Shown here: one piece after another, positions 11,864-25,684 of the stretch
Numbering within the stretch: position 1 is the first letter of the stretch
Layout: the number at the start of each line of letters is the position of its first letter
DNA from: Lytechinus pictus
Lineage: Eukaryota
Assembly (NCBI RefSeq): GCF_037042905.1
Contig: NC_087251.1
Span: 9,922,001-9,986,000 of the forward strand
Reading direction: 5' to 3'
DNA: 64,000 nt
Made by a program: the position numbers and the translations under genes
Notes under the pieces: generated by a model
The model's database searches: none
Told to the model about the DNA's origin: nothing
Seen by the model: only the letters and a program-made list of their open reading frames with translations

Positions 11864-13164
11864 ATAGATGAACTACCGGTATATATATTTTTTTCTGTGT
11901 ACCTGCACTGTTGCACTTGTGTTTGCTGGATACGGCCTTACACCTGTTAAAGTGATGGAAGTTGTGCAGTCTTTCAGGACAGGGGTCATGATCTTGACTC
12001 AACCTTGCTCAAAATACCTAGTTGTATACCCAGGCATAATGTTTGCATTATAATTTGATGTTTACAATGTCCCAACCCAAAGATGACCTGGAGCTCACTT
12101 TATATTGTAACTACCATGGAAACCTTAATTTGATTGGCGGTTGAGCCATGCTTCCATTGTAGTTATTACTGTAATTGCAAAGTTACCTTAATAGTGAGTT
12201 GTATCATACATTGGAAATGCTTTTTAAAAAATGATCGCAAATTATGCATTTTGATATTGGAGAGAAGATGAGACTTAAGTAACATTACAGGTTAACTTTT
12301 TTGATCAAGTTATTTTGACAAAATATTATTCTTCAATATAGTTTAGTGTAAGACTGTTAACTATATTTTATACAGACTGTATTCAAAATTTACAAAATTG
12401 AAAGGTGTTCCGAATACAATAATTTAACTCTCTCTCTCTCTCTTAGCCTTTACCTTTCTCTTATCCCCCTCTCTCCTTGGTTATAGCCTACATGTACATG
12501 TAGATATTTGTTAAAATGAATTTCAGAGTTAATTTACATGGTACTTAAGACTTAATATTATTTTATAACATAACAATATATTTTAAAAGATTAACTCATT
12601 CCTTTATAAAACTGGTATTGCATTGTACACACAATCCATTTTCCATTTTACAGATAGGGCTATAATAATGTGACTATGGTTATATTATGAACAACTTTGA
12701 AATCATTATTTGCATGAATTTACTTTATCATAAAATAAAAAGCAAGAAGAAAAATAAGTAAACAAGCATGATCAACCATGCCTCTACTTATGTTTACAAA
12801 TAATGCTTGTCATAGAGGGTGATCACTTAACCTTTTTACCTCTTTCTGTGTGCCTCAAGTGACAAGAATCAATTTGTCAATAAACTGCTTGCTTTTAGCT
12901 CCTTTTAGGTTTTGGGGAAATGTCACTTCATGCCTAATTTAGATTTCTCCCATTTTCCCCACTTAAAAGGATTATGGAAGACAATGACATGACAGGTGAT
13001 TGTTACTTGGAGAGGAGTTTAAGGAAGGGAGCTAATAGTGTTTAGGAGGATCTACCTTGCAGATATTGACTTTCTTAAAGGCATTTATCAAAGTAAAAGG
13101 TAAGTTGTTTGTTACAGTACCTCTTTATATTTTACCAATAGCCTATAGGGGATTGTCACTAAAC

Positions 13165-13186
13165 ATGTATGCACGCACAACCACAG
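13165..13186 (+). CDS. Putative short alternative first coding exon (MYARTTT)
   Basis: aaacATG TAT GCA CGC ACA ACC ACA G|GTAAGT: favourable start context and a perfect consensus donor in phase 1. A second strong donor AAG|GTAAGT lies at 13100. Confidence 0.4.
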
Positions 13187-15533
13187 GTAAGTACTTCTGA
13201 TTTTTAAAAATTATACCATATTCCAGTTTTCCCATGTGCTAATTCCTGTACAAAATATAAACCAAGAAAGGCAGGGGAAAACACACTTTTTATTTGGTAT
13301 GACGATACTCCAACTAATGGTATAAATGCAAAATAACTATAATTTGTACTTTAGATTTCAGTATGACTGCTTTTTACAGTGAAATGTTTTATGTTGTTTA
13401 TCCATGCATATCATAATGATTGATAATTAAAAAAAAATCTGCTATTATATTTATTTACAATATGTTTCTTGTACAATTTCATAAATTGTGTTGACATAGA
13501 ATAGTAATTGTCCACCATAACCACTTTTTAAAACCAGAGTTAGATGATGAGAAGGACAGGGGGCTGCTGCTATTAGTAATTTAAATAAACAAAGACAACA
13601 AAGCTGCGATATATAGATTGATACATTCTGAGAAGCAGCAATTATTTTCTTCACAACTTCCTTAATGCAAACTCCTCATTATCGCTTTTGTTTTGCTTTG
13701 TAATCCCAAGGAGCTACAAGTGATTTATCAATAGCACACATTGCGTGATACTTTCACATACATTATGACAAGTACTTCATTTGATAAGGGCCAGGGAAGA
13801 AAGATTGCTAGTTTAGAACTACTCATGTAACAACTTCTTGGGTACAAATGTCATATTCTCAAGCAGAAGAAGCTCTAGTGATGAGAATTAAGCAAAAGTT
13901 CTAGCTTTCAACTAAGAAGTATATATTCATAACTTTTAGTCACTGGATAGTGGATACCATTAAAAAAAACCTGCCATTTGTTTCATACATAATTTACATT
14001 TTTTCCATACACAGCTATTTTTGTATTCTATTGCATATACTTTGCAATGTATAGGCTGTCATCCTAAATATTGTTTTGAATCATCCTGAGTAAATATAGT
14101 ATTTCATGGTGTGTTTGAACCATCTTCCATCTATATAGGGAAGTAATGATGTCATGTAGAGAATGTTTTTACTGGAATTAAACTGAATTCCCTCTGTTCT
14201 CGCCACATCCTTTTGATGCCAGCGAAGATGGAGATCAATTTCAACGTTTTAATACTAGATGTCCTTCATCAGAGTTTACTATTTCCCTAGGCGGAAACTC
14301 TGCGGAGGACCTGGGCTATTTTATGACATTCACATTGACGTCATACTCAATGACAGAGCCAAAGAAATCCAAATAAATCATGGATTAATGTAATGCAAAA
14401 CTAAAGTTCATTGGTATTATTAGCATTTTACCTGTCCTTGTTTCGCATAATGTTTCAGGAAATTTTTGTTGATCATGGATGACATAGATGTTAGTAACAT
14501 AGTGTAGGCCTTGTTAATGAATGTTTTTTCAACTCCAGAAACAGGATTTTCAAAGACACCCAGTTTAAACCTTTGTTGCATTTACTCATTTTTTATTGGT
14601 TGTGAAAAATAAGATGTCTTTCTGAAAAACAGTGTTTCAAGGGCCATTTTGGAGATCAACAGCGGCTAAAAGTTGATCAATCACAACGGAGATTGCAAAC
14701 ATCATTCTTTAGGCCTCTTCTAAATCGGATGTGTATTGCATATATTCATAGTCAAACTTTAATACTGCATTGTCAGGCAATAGGTGGTGGATGGGCTTTA
14801 AAAAGAAGGGAAAAAATTGTGATTGAGTGCTATCCCCAAGTGATTGAGTAGTATGTTTGTGTTTTGACATTTGGGATTCTCTTATTCTACATGTAGCCCA
14901 AGAAAGCACCCTATGATATGCTACCTGAATAACTGAGACAAATTTATATTTTGTGTTTGGGCCTTGTACATGTAACTTATGATACAGATCCCTCAAAATC
15001 ATCTTGAATAAATTTGATGAAAGAAATAGCATATATATGTAATGGATATCATGCCCATTTTAATACTTCAGTTTCTCTTGTGGAATTGTATTAGAATTAT
15101 TTCTAATTTAAAGTTAATCCCCCCTGTTCACCATGAGAGCATGAAGCTTATTTTAGGTAGATTTGGGTCATTATACATTATTAATAGCTATTAAACTTCT
15201 ATTTATTCTTTTCTTTCATGGTTTATTTTCATCTATTTCCTCAGTCTCTACAATCTTCAGTAATCTGCTTAAGTGTGAAAGCAAAGTTAACAGATTAGCA
15301 AGATAAGAAATTGGATTTGAGGAGAGATAATCAGCTTCAATGAAATAGGGGTTTTTGTTGCACGAAATTGTTTTCTTTTTTCAAGGATATTATGAGGAAT
15401 ACAAAGCCACTGTTTGGATTCTTGTATTTATTCTCAAGTGGACATTATCACTGATCTTATTACCTTTGATTTAAGAAATTTATACAAATTAAGAAAGAAG
15501 AAAAGCAATGCCTGTCTTTGTATCAAACTGAGT

Positions 15534-15835
15534 TTAAAGGACAAGTCCAGTTGATTTGAATAAAAAGAGAAAAATCCAACAAGTATAATGCTGAAAATTT
15601 CATCAAATCGGATGTAAAATAAGAAAGTACATGTAATGACATTTTTAAGTTTTGCTTAATTTTACCGGTCTGTATGCAAATGAGGGAACTGATGATATCA
15701 CTCACTCACTCGCTATTTCCTTTGTATTTTAATATGAAATATTCAAATTTTCTCCTCATTGCCCTCTGAATCAAAGTTTTATTCCTCCCTGAAGATGGTT
15801 CAGTCAAGTTTATCCTTATTGTCAAATCTGTATCA
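15534..15835. mobile_element. Truncated older TTAAAGG-type (Kolobok-like) MITE
   Basis: Starts TTAAAGGACAAGTCCA and carries GAAAATTTCATCAAATCGGATGTAAAATAAGAAAG. Similar decayed motifs occur at ~3232-3810, ~3820-4330 and ~45300-45504 (right end GGACTTTCCCTTTAA). Confidence 0.6.
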
Positions 15836-17470
15836 AAGAATAAAAATTTTACAAGAAAAATGAATTACTATTCAAATGCAATTTGATTCCAAAAGTCATA
15901 ATTTGTGAATTTTAGAATACCATATTTCATTTTATACCTGTAGCCTGGGTAACATACTTGCCCTTACATTGTGCAACAGATAGATTAAAAAGAGATAGAA
16001 AAAAGTAAATAAGATGTCAGACAAGACTTTGTTGATCTGTAAGAAGCCTGTATAATGTGTGGTTTCACCCAAGTCTATTGTTCCTAAATAGGTCTATTTG
16101 ATTGATCATTTGAAGCAGACCAGTACGAACAAACAGGCTTCTAAATCTTGCATTCCATCCTAACCTCAATCAATAACTTCAACTTTATTTTTGGTCAGTG
16201 TTTGCAATCTCATCATCATAATCTGCATAGGAATTCAGCCCCATCAATATGCAGAAACTTTTAAAGTGAGTTTGTCTGCGTACTAGTACATGTATGTATA
16301 TGCTTTCTTTTCCAAGCTTTCAAGTTGAAAATCATTGTAGAATTCATATTGTGTTTTATTTAATGATAATAGCAGCAGTTCTTATTTAGAAGTTTCATCT
16401 TCAAAACAACATTAGCGTCATAGCATGAGTGTTGGTGATTTTTTGTTTTACATGTTTTACAAGAAAATAAAAAGAGGTTCTATTGAGTGATAAGCGAAAA
16501 AGCCACCACTTTAGCCAAAGCCTTGTTATCCTCTTGTAATCCCATTATAATGGTGGGACCAAAGTTGTGGTGATATTGATTTAATAAGGACAGGAAATGT
16601 TATTGATGTAATGTTTTTATGTAAAGTTGATGGTATTCTATTAGCCCAGAATAATGGAAAATATGATGAACTGGTTGTAAAGAAAACAAACCCTGGACAA
16701 TATAAATAGCAGGTCCTTTAAATGGCCCCATATAGTTCCAAACCATAAGCAGCTCATAGCTGTGCTGGGTCAATACCCGATAGAGCCAACTTTCTGGAGT
16801 GCATGAGTGGCCTTGAGAATCTTGTAACACCATTACAATAGGATGCTATTGTTATTGGTAGAGGTAAATACCCCTCTCCCAGCAGACGACTCTGAATACT
16901 CTCCACTCACTCTCATGTGCAGTGGCATACTCCCTGAACCCTAGGATTTTGAACAATAGGAGACTGCACACACAGCCTTGGTGTGCTCAGTGGTAGAGAT
17001 CGTGATGCAGGTTGTTTCCCACAGCTTCTGTTCCGATTAGATCTGGTGTAGCAGCGCAGTGTTCGCCTTGGAGCTGTCATTAGTAGCTTTCAGCACTCAC
17101 CGTGCAGCGGCCTACATACACGTACCTCATTTTCTCAAGCTTTAATTGCTATACACATCTGTGGAATCATTCAACAAAGGATGGCAAGGCAGACCTGTGT
17201 AATTTACTTCCAATTCTTGTAATTCCATCACCCAAAATTAGATGCTGAAGTGATTTTGGATTAAAACTGCAGTAATGCTGAGAGTGTGTACATATGACCC
17301 CTCGGAAGTGCTCATGGAATCTTTCATTTGGAATACTCCAAGCATCTAAATGTTTTCTATTCTTCATTTGATTTGGTAATTAAGAAATATTCAGGTCAGT
17401 ATAATTAATGATATTTATGAAATATTTGTAGTAATACATGCACAGCATGTATGTACATTGTTATTTCTCT

Positions 17471-17666
17471 ACATTTTAATAGATGAAATGTACAATATAT
17501 AATGGATGAACATATGTGTGTATTGTAGATTCCTTAAACTTCAAATAAATCATTCAGCTTCACATAAAATATGAACATTTCATCCTCTAATTTGAAGTTT
17601 AAGGAAATCTACAATACACACATATGTTCATCCATTAAATATTGTACATTTCGTCTAGTAAAATGT
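17471..17666. repeat. ~76-bp near-perfect inverted repeat with 43-nt spacer
   Basis: 17471-17546 is the reverse complement of 17590-17666 with about 4 differences. Confidence 0.9.
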
Positions 17667-20600
17667 TTCATTTTTTGAAACATTAATATTATGGATGCAA
17701 AATACCAGTTGTCAAGTTAGACTATTATCAAGGTAAAGTATGGTTGGATTACATTCATTAGAGGCATGGAGTGATACAATTACTCAAGCAAAAGCTTGAG
17801 CATTTATAACCAATGTTATTTTGAAGAGACGTTAAATGTAGTCAGTGATTTGATATGTACTGTCGAAGAATGTTGTATTGATGTTATTTTTCTTTTGGTA
17901 TTTATTGGCAATTTACCTGTAATAATTTGCAGTGTGAATTCCAATTAAGAATGACATTTATGAGGACTCCAAGATTTCAGTGCAATCTCTCAAACACTTC
18001 CTCTTCCTGAGGTGAAAAAATGACAGTTCTTGTTATTTGATCCACCTCCATCAGGGATTAAATAAATCCAAGGACACCTAAGGTCATGGCTGCGGATGCT
18101 CTGTTGACAGGCTACAGTGCCCTTTCATTGGCTTTCAATGTACCCTTTTGTATTTTTCCTGTTTGTGATAAAGTGCCCATTTAAAAGTGGCATTACTTTT
18201 TAAATGTATAAAAATAAGGCCTGCACCTTTGCAGTTTATGTCAAAAATATCCATGCTTAAATGCATTTTTAACTGGACTTTCATGTTCAGCTATTACATT
18301 GAATTAGTTACGACTATAATCAAGTTTGTTGATCAGGGAAATGTATGTATTGCCAATAAATTGTTATTTCTGTTTATCCTGTTTTCGATTCAGCAGCTTG
18401 CCAAGCATAAAGGTTTGATATTGTCACAGTCATTGCTAATTGAGAGGGTACTCTCTCAAAGGCACAGAGCATACTGTACGTAATCTATTTTCAAATATAA
18501 GTTTTGGCTCATTTCTTGCTCAATAGCCTTTGGTGATATTCAGTGACCTGTTTGCTATGACAAATATGCAGTTCCAGTTTAATGGCTTGACCACATTTAT
18601 TTCAAGAAAAAAATCTTTACTCATTCAAACCATTATTTTACCATTGATTATACCCTTTAAGTCGACATGGGCTTCTAACTACAGATCCCCGATCAATATG
18701 AATATAAACAGATCAATTGAAATGTTTTTCAATTGCATGCCTGATACTTTGCATATTTAAATCATTGTTCTGTTGTGTAGGTTTGGAGAAAATTTGAATG
18801 CATTTTTGACTATAGAATAGAAACTATTTTGTAATATCTGTTGTATGGGAATCCTTACACTATTACAGATAGGAGTAATGGTTTCCCTGTCTCCATAACA
18901 TCATATACTTTCAGATCAATTGTTCAGTGTCCTTCATTGATATTACTTTTCTAGCATTCTTGGAGAATAGATACAGACCTTGCAGCTATTATCAGTAATT
19001 ATTGATGATTAGTTTATCTTCATTGATTGTTACTTAGGATTCTTTGAAGCAGGAAATTAAGCCCCCTTATGTCCTGAAATGATAGATTTAACTAGTCTTT
19101 CTCAATGTCCAGGTACTTGTTATAAATTTACAATTGCCGCTGTAGGGAAAATCCTTGCTCAATTATTTTCATTTTCGTTAGCTTAGTCCAGTGAGATGTT
19201 TTCTTTATCTATTTTTTGATTGAAACTGAAGATTGTTTAAAGCAAATACATGTAGATCTCCAATAGAGAGGTGTTATTGCTAGTCAGACACCGAGTGAAA
19301 CCAAAATCATGTTACATCAAATATAAATACCAAAATTTTTTCATACCTGTACAAGGAAAATATGGTAGTGTTAGTTTTACATTTTTCTTTTGAAACAGAT
19401 TGTCTATTGCAGCATACTGCATATACATAATGATCTTTCATTTTTTTTAATGCACATGCATGGAGCGACATGCAGCATGCATAAAAAATGTCTTTGTGCT
19501 CAGGCACGTGTGTGCATCTGATCATTGAACAATGAGGTATAATTCACCCCCTGATGACGGTTTGGCAGGCGCTTCAGATCAACTCCAGCATGGAACTGCA
19601 TCGCCTGTATACCCTGCTGCTGTCGCTCAGGGAGATGATTTCCGCCCGAGAATCAAAACCGGTCTCCATTGTTATGCCGTAAAATGATGGTATTGGTACA
19701 GTGAGTCATATCCGTGGAATCCCCCATGTATTCAATTATTTACCTTGCTCTGTATGAATGAGGAGTTGTGATGAGAAATATTAGGAATAATGAGAGCACA
19801 AAGGGTATTCATTTCATCCATGGTAAAGCCATTGCCCTCTATCATACGCTTTTCAATTTCCACACCTAATTGATTCATTTATATTTGATCAGATTTCTGG
19901 GCTTGATGTAAAGCCATTCAGGCAATAGCTTTTTATATCATCCATCACATTTTCAAACTTCATTTTTTCCCCACTTGTACATGTTTCCAATAATGCCAAA
20001 TATTCACATGCAATAAAATGCAATCAATTCAATGAATTCATGATTTATTAAGCTACAGTATCATTGGCAGAAATATCTAATTCTCATTTAGAAGTCATTG
20101 TCCAGATAATGATATGTTTTCCCTCATTAGAGCTCTACTGCCTGTTTAGGAAATGAGGAGAGAGAAATGCTATTGAATATTAAACAAACAATGGTTTAAT
20201 GGAAAATTAGTAATTTGATATTGAACGATCATAACTAATGGATCTAAAAACCAATCAAATGTGACAGAATTGTGATGAGTTGAGCAAAAAGAAAGAAAAG
20301 AAGAGAAAGAGAGAGGTAGATGGGGTGGGAGGCTATGGTTTGTGGACTCTGTACCTCAATGCATTACACTACAGTGATATTCTCTGGTTAATGAATAACC
20401 AGACTGAAATATCTCTGTAGATGCTACTGATGGCCATACTTGCAAGTTGCTTTGTTTTTATTTGATTCAAATGCAAATATATGTATCCTGAACTGATATA
20501 CGATGTGTTGAAGTCAATTCAAATCTTTATACAGAACAGGACTCTTTCTCATTCAGAATATTTACCCGATGCTGTAGCGTTCAAATCTGGTGTCTGTCTA

Positions 20601-21183
20601 CATATATCAGGGATATTCATTCATCATTGCTATGAATTGAATTCTGCAATATTTGAATTTGTTATGGATTGGTGAAAACGCTTCTCTGATACTGTTGATT
20701 AAGATATCCAATGGTTTATCACAGCAAATCTGTGAAATGTGTCATGTGGATTAATCAATTTGGTGGATATGCCTAAACCAGTTCCTTTGTAATGGATTAG
20801 GGAAGACTGTATGTGTTGTATGTGTGAGTATGGATTAATACTTGGATTAAACCATGGCCCGTCTGCATCCATTTTCACAGAACTGGGGAGGCCTCCAGTT
20901 ACAAGGTCAGTTTTAGTAGCACAGTCTTATTCATTGATTGTATAGATTTCATTTTGTGTTTGTCACCTTTGCTGTTGTGTTAGTAGTGATCTGGTTGTAA
21001 GCAGCTTGTGAACATTCCCTTTTCGCATAGGTGTTTATCCATGTAGGCTTAACAGATTATATCTGTCCCTCTGTCCCAGATGTTATAAATATAAATCTGC
21101 ATGTACATGCAGGCCTAGATGTTTTGATGGAGAGACACTCAAAGAGACTGAAAGAGATTATTTAATTTTGTGCTTTAGTACTG

Positions 21184-21337
21184 GTGGGTGTTTCATAAAG
21201 CTGTTCGTAAAGTTACGCACAACTGGAACATGTTCTTAGGTCATAAATCAATTATACAGGGATATCATTTAGCACAAGAAAGGATCACCAGTCGTGTATA
21301 AAGTCATTCGTATCTTATGAACAGCTTTAACACCCAC
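21184..21337. mobile_element. Short PIF/Harbinger-type MITE
   Basis: TIR GTGGGTGTTTCATAAAGCTGTTCGTAA / TTATGAACAGCTTT-AACACCCAC with a small deletion on the right. 3-bp CTG duplication (21181-83, 21338-40). Related decayed pieces near 10985-11040 and 11240-11285. Confidence 0.75.
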
Positions 21338-21634
21338 CTGGTAGCATAATTCTCCTCATTGAAGTATCAAAGAAGCCAGAATATTTCTTCCATGAGCAAT
21401 AAAATTGATGATATTTCACAAGTACAAAGACAACTGAAGCATTAATTTTTTTGATAAATGTTATTTCAGTTAAAAATTTAAATCTTCTATAAACCATGCA
21501 AACAACTGTAAACATGTGCTTATGATCCTGGTTTTCATCAATTTTGATCGAAATTTTATTCATTATTTATAAAAAGAAGTGCAATCCAGCAACTACTGGA
21601 GTGGATCTCCTATTGTAGGTTTATCCTTTTTAGA

Positions 21635-21665
21635 GGGGGGGGGGGGGGGGTGGGGGGGGGGGGGT
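21635..21665. repeat. Poly-G tract (G-quadruplex-capable)
   Basis: About 30 G interrupted by one T. Confidence 0.85.
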
Positions 21666-23777
21666 AGGTCATTTGAAGGTTGGTTTCTCATAGATATAGA
21701 ATAAATTAAGTTATTATTCACCTAATCACCTGCATGGGTCAGTTCCTCCTATCAAGTTGAAATTAGGTGAAGTCATTAGCTAAATTAGGTGTGCAGTCAG
21801 ACATGATTCCCTTACTCTACTAGGTCTATTTAAATCCAGAAATCTTTGTAACAAGTTAGATATTATTTTGCAACCATCCTCCATGAGAAATTTCACAGTG
21901 ATACTATATCATTGGTCAAATTTAAAGAAAAAAAGGCATTATGAGCAAATAATTTGAGAAATAACCAGGTTGACATGTAATACAAAGGTAAATTGATAGC
22001 ATGGTGGTAGGCCTAATTACTACGGAAACAACCAAGGAGTATTTTGGATGAAATGCTTTGAATAGGTTACACACAGCAATGCTTTGGATATTTTCTTCTT
22101 ATGAGAGAAAATATTACAAATACAATATTATTTTTAAAGTACATCTCATATGTTTTTGTGATTTTTTTTCAGGTATCAGAATGAGGATTTTTTTAAAATA
22201 CAAATATTAACCAATGACTTTAGCTGTATGAATTATGTCTTAAGAAAATATGGACTATTGAAAGGACAAGACATAACCATTCATTGGTTTACACCCAACC
22301 TTAAATTATTTACTTGTAAGATAAAGTGGGTTACTAGTATGTGAAGTATACATGTTATGTTTTTTAAATGACTACATCCTTATTTCATGTATAGATGTAA
22401 TAAAATAATATTTTCCTTCAATTGCAGAAATCAGGTTTTGGAATCATGCTAAATTTGAATACAAGCCTGTAACAGCTGTGAGGTTTATTCAGTCCACAGT
22501 TCATGTTGACATGAGGGTGGTATGACTGATGGTTATATTGATTCATAACATATTCCGCTATTAGAGCCAGTTGAAGAGTGCGATGATCTATCGCTCAATA
22601 CACCCTCTGGAGGGAATCCTCCTCATCAATACTGAATATTGATAGTTCCACGCTGAATCTTCCATCGTAATAACTTCCACCGTGGCATGCTTCTCGCCTG
22701 CGGGCAAGATGCAGCTTTACGCATTAAGATGCGTTTGAATAGCGTTGTGTGTCCATGTGGAGTCATGTGAGGGTTATGCACAATATTGTGTATATATATA
22801 TATATATATAAATATATCTCTCTCTACAGTTTTTCAGTCATTTGCTTTCTAGAGTAGATGTAGAAATGTTGCATGTACATGTTTGAATCACATCAGTAGG
22901 ACTTTCTCTATGACTAATTGTCTGCTGCGATGTATTCAAACGGCATATTTTTGAGAATTGAAAAGAAGTAAAATGGGATTCATCATGCTTCATTAAAGAT
23001 GTGATGGAATATTGTGCATATTGGATTGATGGACTGAGTCATCTTGTGTTTCTTTGCTTTCCGCATCATTGCTCATTTTCTCTGTCATTCTCTCTCTCTT
23101 GTTCATCTGCAGAGAGTAGGTGCATGTCACCAATCTACATGTAGATGTTTGTATGAAAGTTTATTTCTTTATACCAGATTTTTACACCTTACTGGAACAA
23201 AAACTGACCTTTTAATAATCAATTAGATATGAGAACATGTATGTAGCCAATGGAAGTTTACTGCAGTCAACATATTAAGCGTCTTCATGTTGGATGACCT
23301 GATTATTTCAAACTTGGTTCTTCTTGACTGATGAATACAGTTTGCTCGATGATTAAATTGACAGACTGAAATACCTTTAGACAGCTGGCTGGGATACCTC
23401 ATCCATTAGACTCCCTCTGTAGTTTCATATCGAGTTTGACTTTATTACAACAATGAATACATGTTTTAAAATGATACTCTGGTGATTTCATAATTAAGAC
23501 ATGATTTTTATCTTCTAAAATTTCAAATGTTTATGAACCAGTGTTTGATGATTTGCTGTTTACAATCTGCATAGTGGTGTTTGTCCTCACCTTTGATTTC
23601 ACGTTGTTCGTGTAATCTCATCACACAAACCATATGATTAAAGGTCCCTTGACATTGTCCAAATAGAAAACTTTGGGAGTGGAACTGTAGAAAGTTGAAA
23701 TGAACCTGAAATCAAGTGGAACTTGGGATGATAAGTGAGGTCTTTGGCTCCCTGTGGGGACTCCTGACTCACACTCT

Positions 23778-24078
23778 ATGACATTTCTGCCTCCTTGCAC
23801 ACCCAGTAGTCACTTCTCGTTTCCTGGAACCCCCGGCACCATGCTCCTTATTATCAAGTCAATGAAAGTCTTAGGGAGACCGCTGTCGTTGGGCAGTCGT
23901 AGGAAGAAGACATCCCATGTGTGTGTGGGGGAGGGGTGCAGCATCCACCTGTCACAGGTGCTGTGTAAGGATGACATCATAAAGAAGTGCAGTGATGCTC
24001 GAGAAAGACTTGTTGAAATGAATTTAATAAACTCAGCCTACATGTTTAACAGCTGTCCAGACTTGCCATCACCCATTG
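23778..24078 (+). CDS. Putative alternative first coding exon of the RhoGEF gene
   Basis: In-frame TGA at 23736, ATGs at 23778 and 23841 (ggcaccATG), ~100 open codons in a locally GC-richer island. Ends ATT G|GTGAGT, a strong phase-1 donor that joins AT at 46617 to give GAT-ATG in frame. Encodes RPLSLGS. Confidence 0.62.
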
Positions 24079-25684
24079 GTGAGTTTCTTTAAAGTCATGG
24101 GAGAAATTTAAACTTGTTTTTGTGAGTGGTTCTTATTTACGAGGTTATCATTTCATCAAAAGGAATACATAATTATTCAAGCATCAGAAGCCTAATTTGT
24201 AGTTTCACACTCTTCATTGTTTGTGAAATCTATGTATTTTAAAATGAGCATTTCATTATAATTTAATGAATTTCAAAGTTGTAGCTATCAACATAACAAT
24301 TACTTTTCATTCAAAGTACCTGTTCAGAGTCAGAACATATTTTCATGATATTGTATATGACAAAGGTGTATATAATCCTGAAATAAAGCAAAATGGAATC
24401 CTCCATCCATCTGCAGTCAATTGTTTGACTTTCACAAATACATTGCAAAAGTAAACAGAAACAGTGACACACCCAGTAGATAAGAAATGATTGGGGAGCT
24501 GCAACACCAAATGTCCTGATTAATGTAAAACAGGATAGACATAGCTCAAGTAAGGAGTTTTGATATGGCAATTTACTAAATTTGCTGAATGAATTTAGGT
24601 CATATTCTCAGAGAGATAAAGCAGCTTTACATCAAATAAGCAAGAAGCTACTTTAGAATTATAACAGCCAGACAGTCTAAAGTGTGTATTATGTGCTCTT
24701 GGACTAGATTTGGTTCATATGTAATCTGCCCCCTCCCACCCCATCTACGCAATCGAGAGCGGGTAGGATAAAGTACGCCCTCGCTCTCTGATCCAAGCGC
24801 CAACCTTGGCCTAGAGTGAGATAGCCTAATACTCTGATGAAATGTTCTTACCTTTCTCCCTTCCTTAGACCTTGTTTACATATCACTGCAGCTATTTTGA
24901 GAATGTTCCATCTTCCCTGTATACAGCCCTCATAAAATCATGTTTACCAGTCATGGTACTAATAAATATTGTTAAATTGTTGAAGAAGAGCGTGATAGTG
25001 TTCTATTCCTTCTCTATTAATCATCTTGTAATTACATTGTGCATTTTTTCCCCACTAAAACACTGCATTCATCCTCATCAATATGCATGAAAACTTGCAG
25101 AATAAGGTGCAGTTTATATATTTGCAATTAATAAGGCTATAGCTCTTGTCTGTTTCCCTTTTTTATGTGAGGCAACCACAGACATATCATGGTCCTATTA
25201 CGAAATAGGCCCATGGACATATTAACCTGAAGAAGAAAGAATCTTGTGCATCTAGGTGATGTCTCTGGTGCTTTGCCAGACTGTTTATACCTTGTCTCTC
25301 ATGTGACGAGTTCATCTGCCATTAAGGTTCAAGGTTAAGCAGCCATGTGTTAAAAGCAATGTTTTATTTTGGCGAACTTTGTCTGTCCTTTTTTCTTTTT
25401 TTGTTTCAGTGTGCAGGATCATTCTGTATTTTGTGCTTTCTTTCCCCAGTTGTGAATTCCTGTCTCCTTCTTTCAAGTCACTGCTTTTTTTTGTTACATG
25501 TATGTTGTTCATATCCAATTTCTACCCTACATGTAGGTTCTGTTGTTGACATGTAATTTATGGATCGGAATAGAAAGTCTTGCTAATTTCCTTTCAATAT
25601 TGTGCCTGTCTTCTTTGTACTCATGTATGTACCGTAAACAGCATAAAGCTAATTAATGATCTGAAGTCAAAGGTCATATATATA

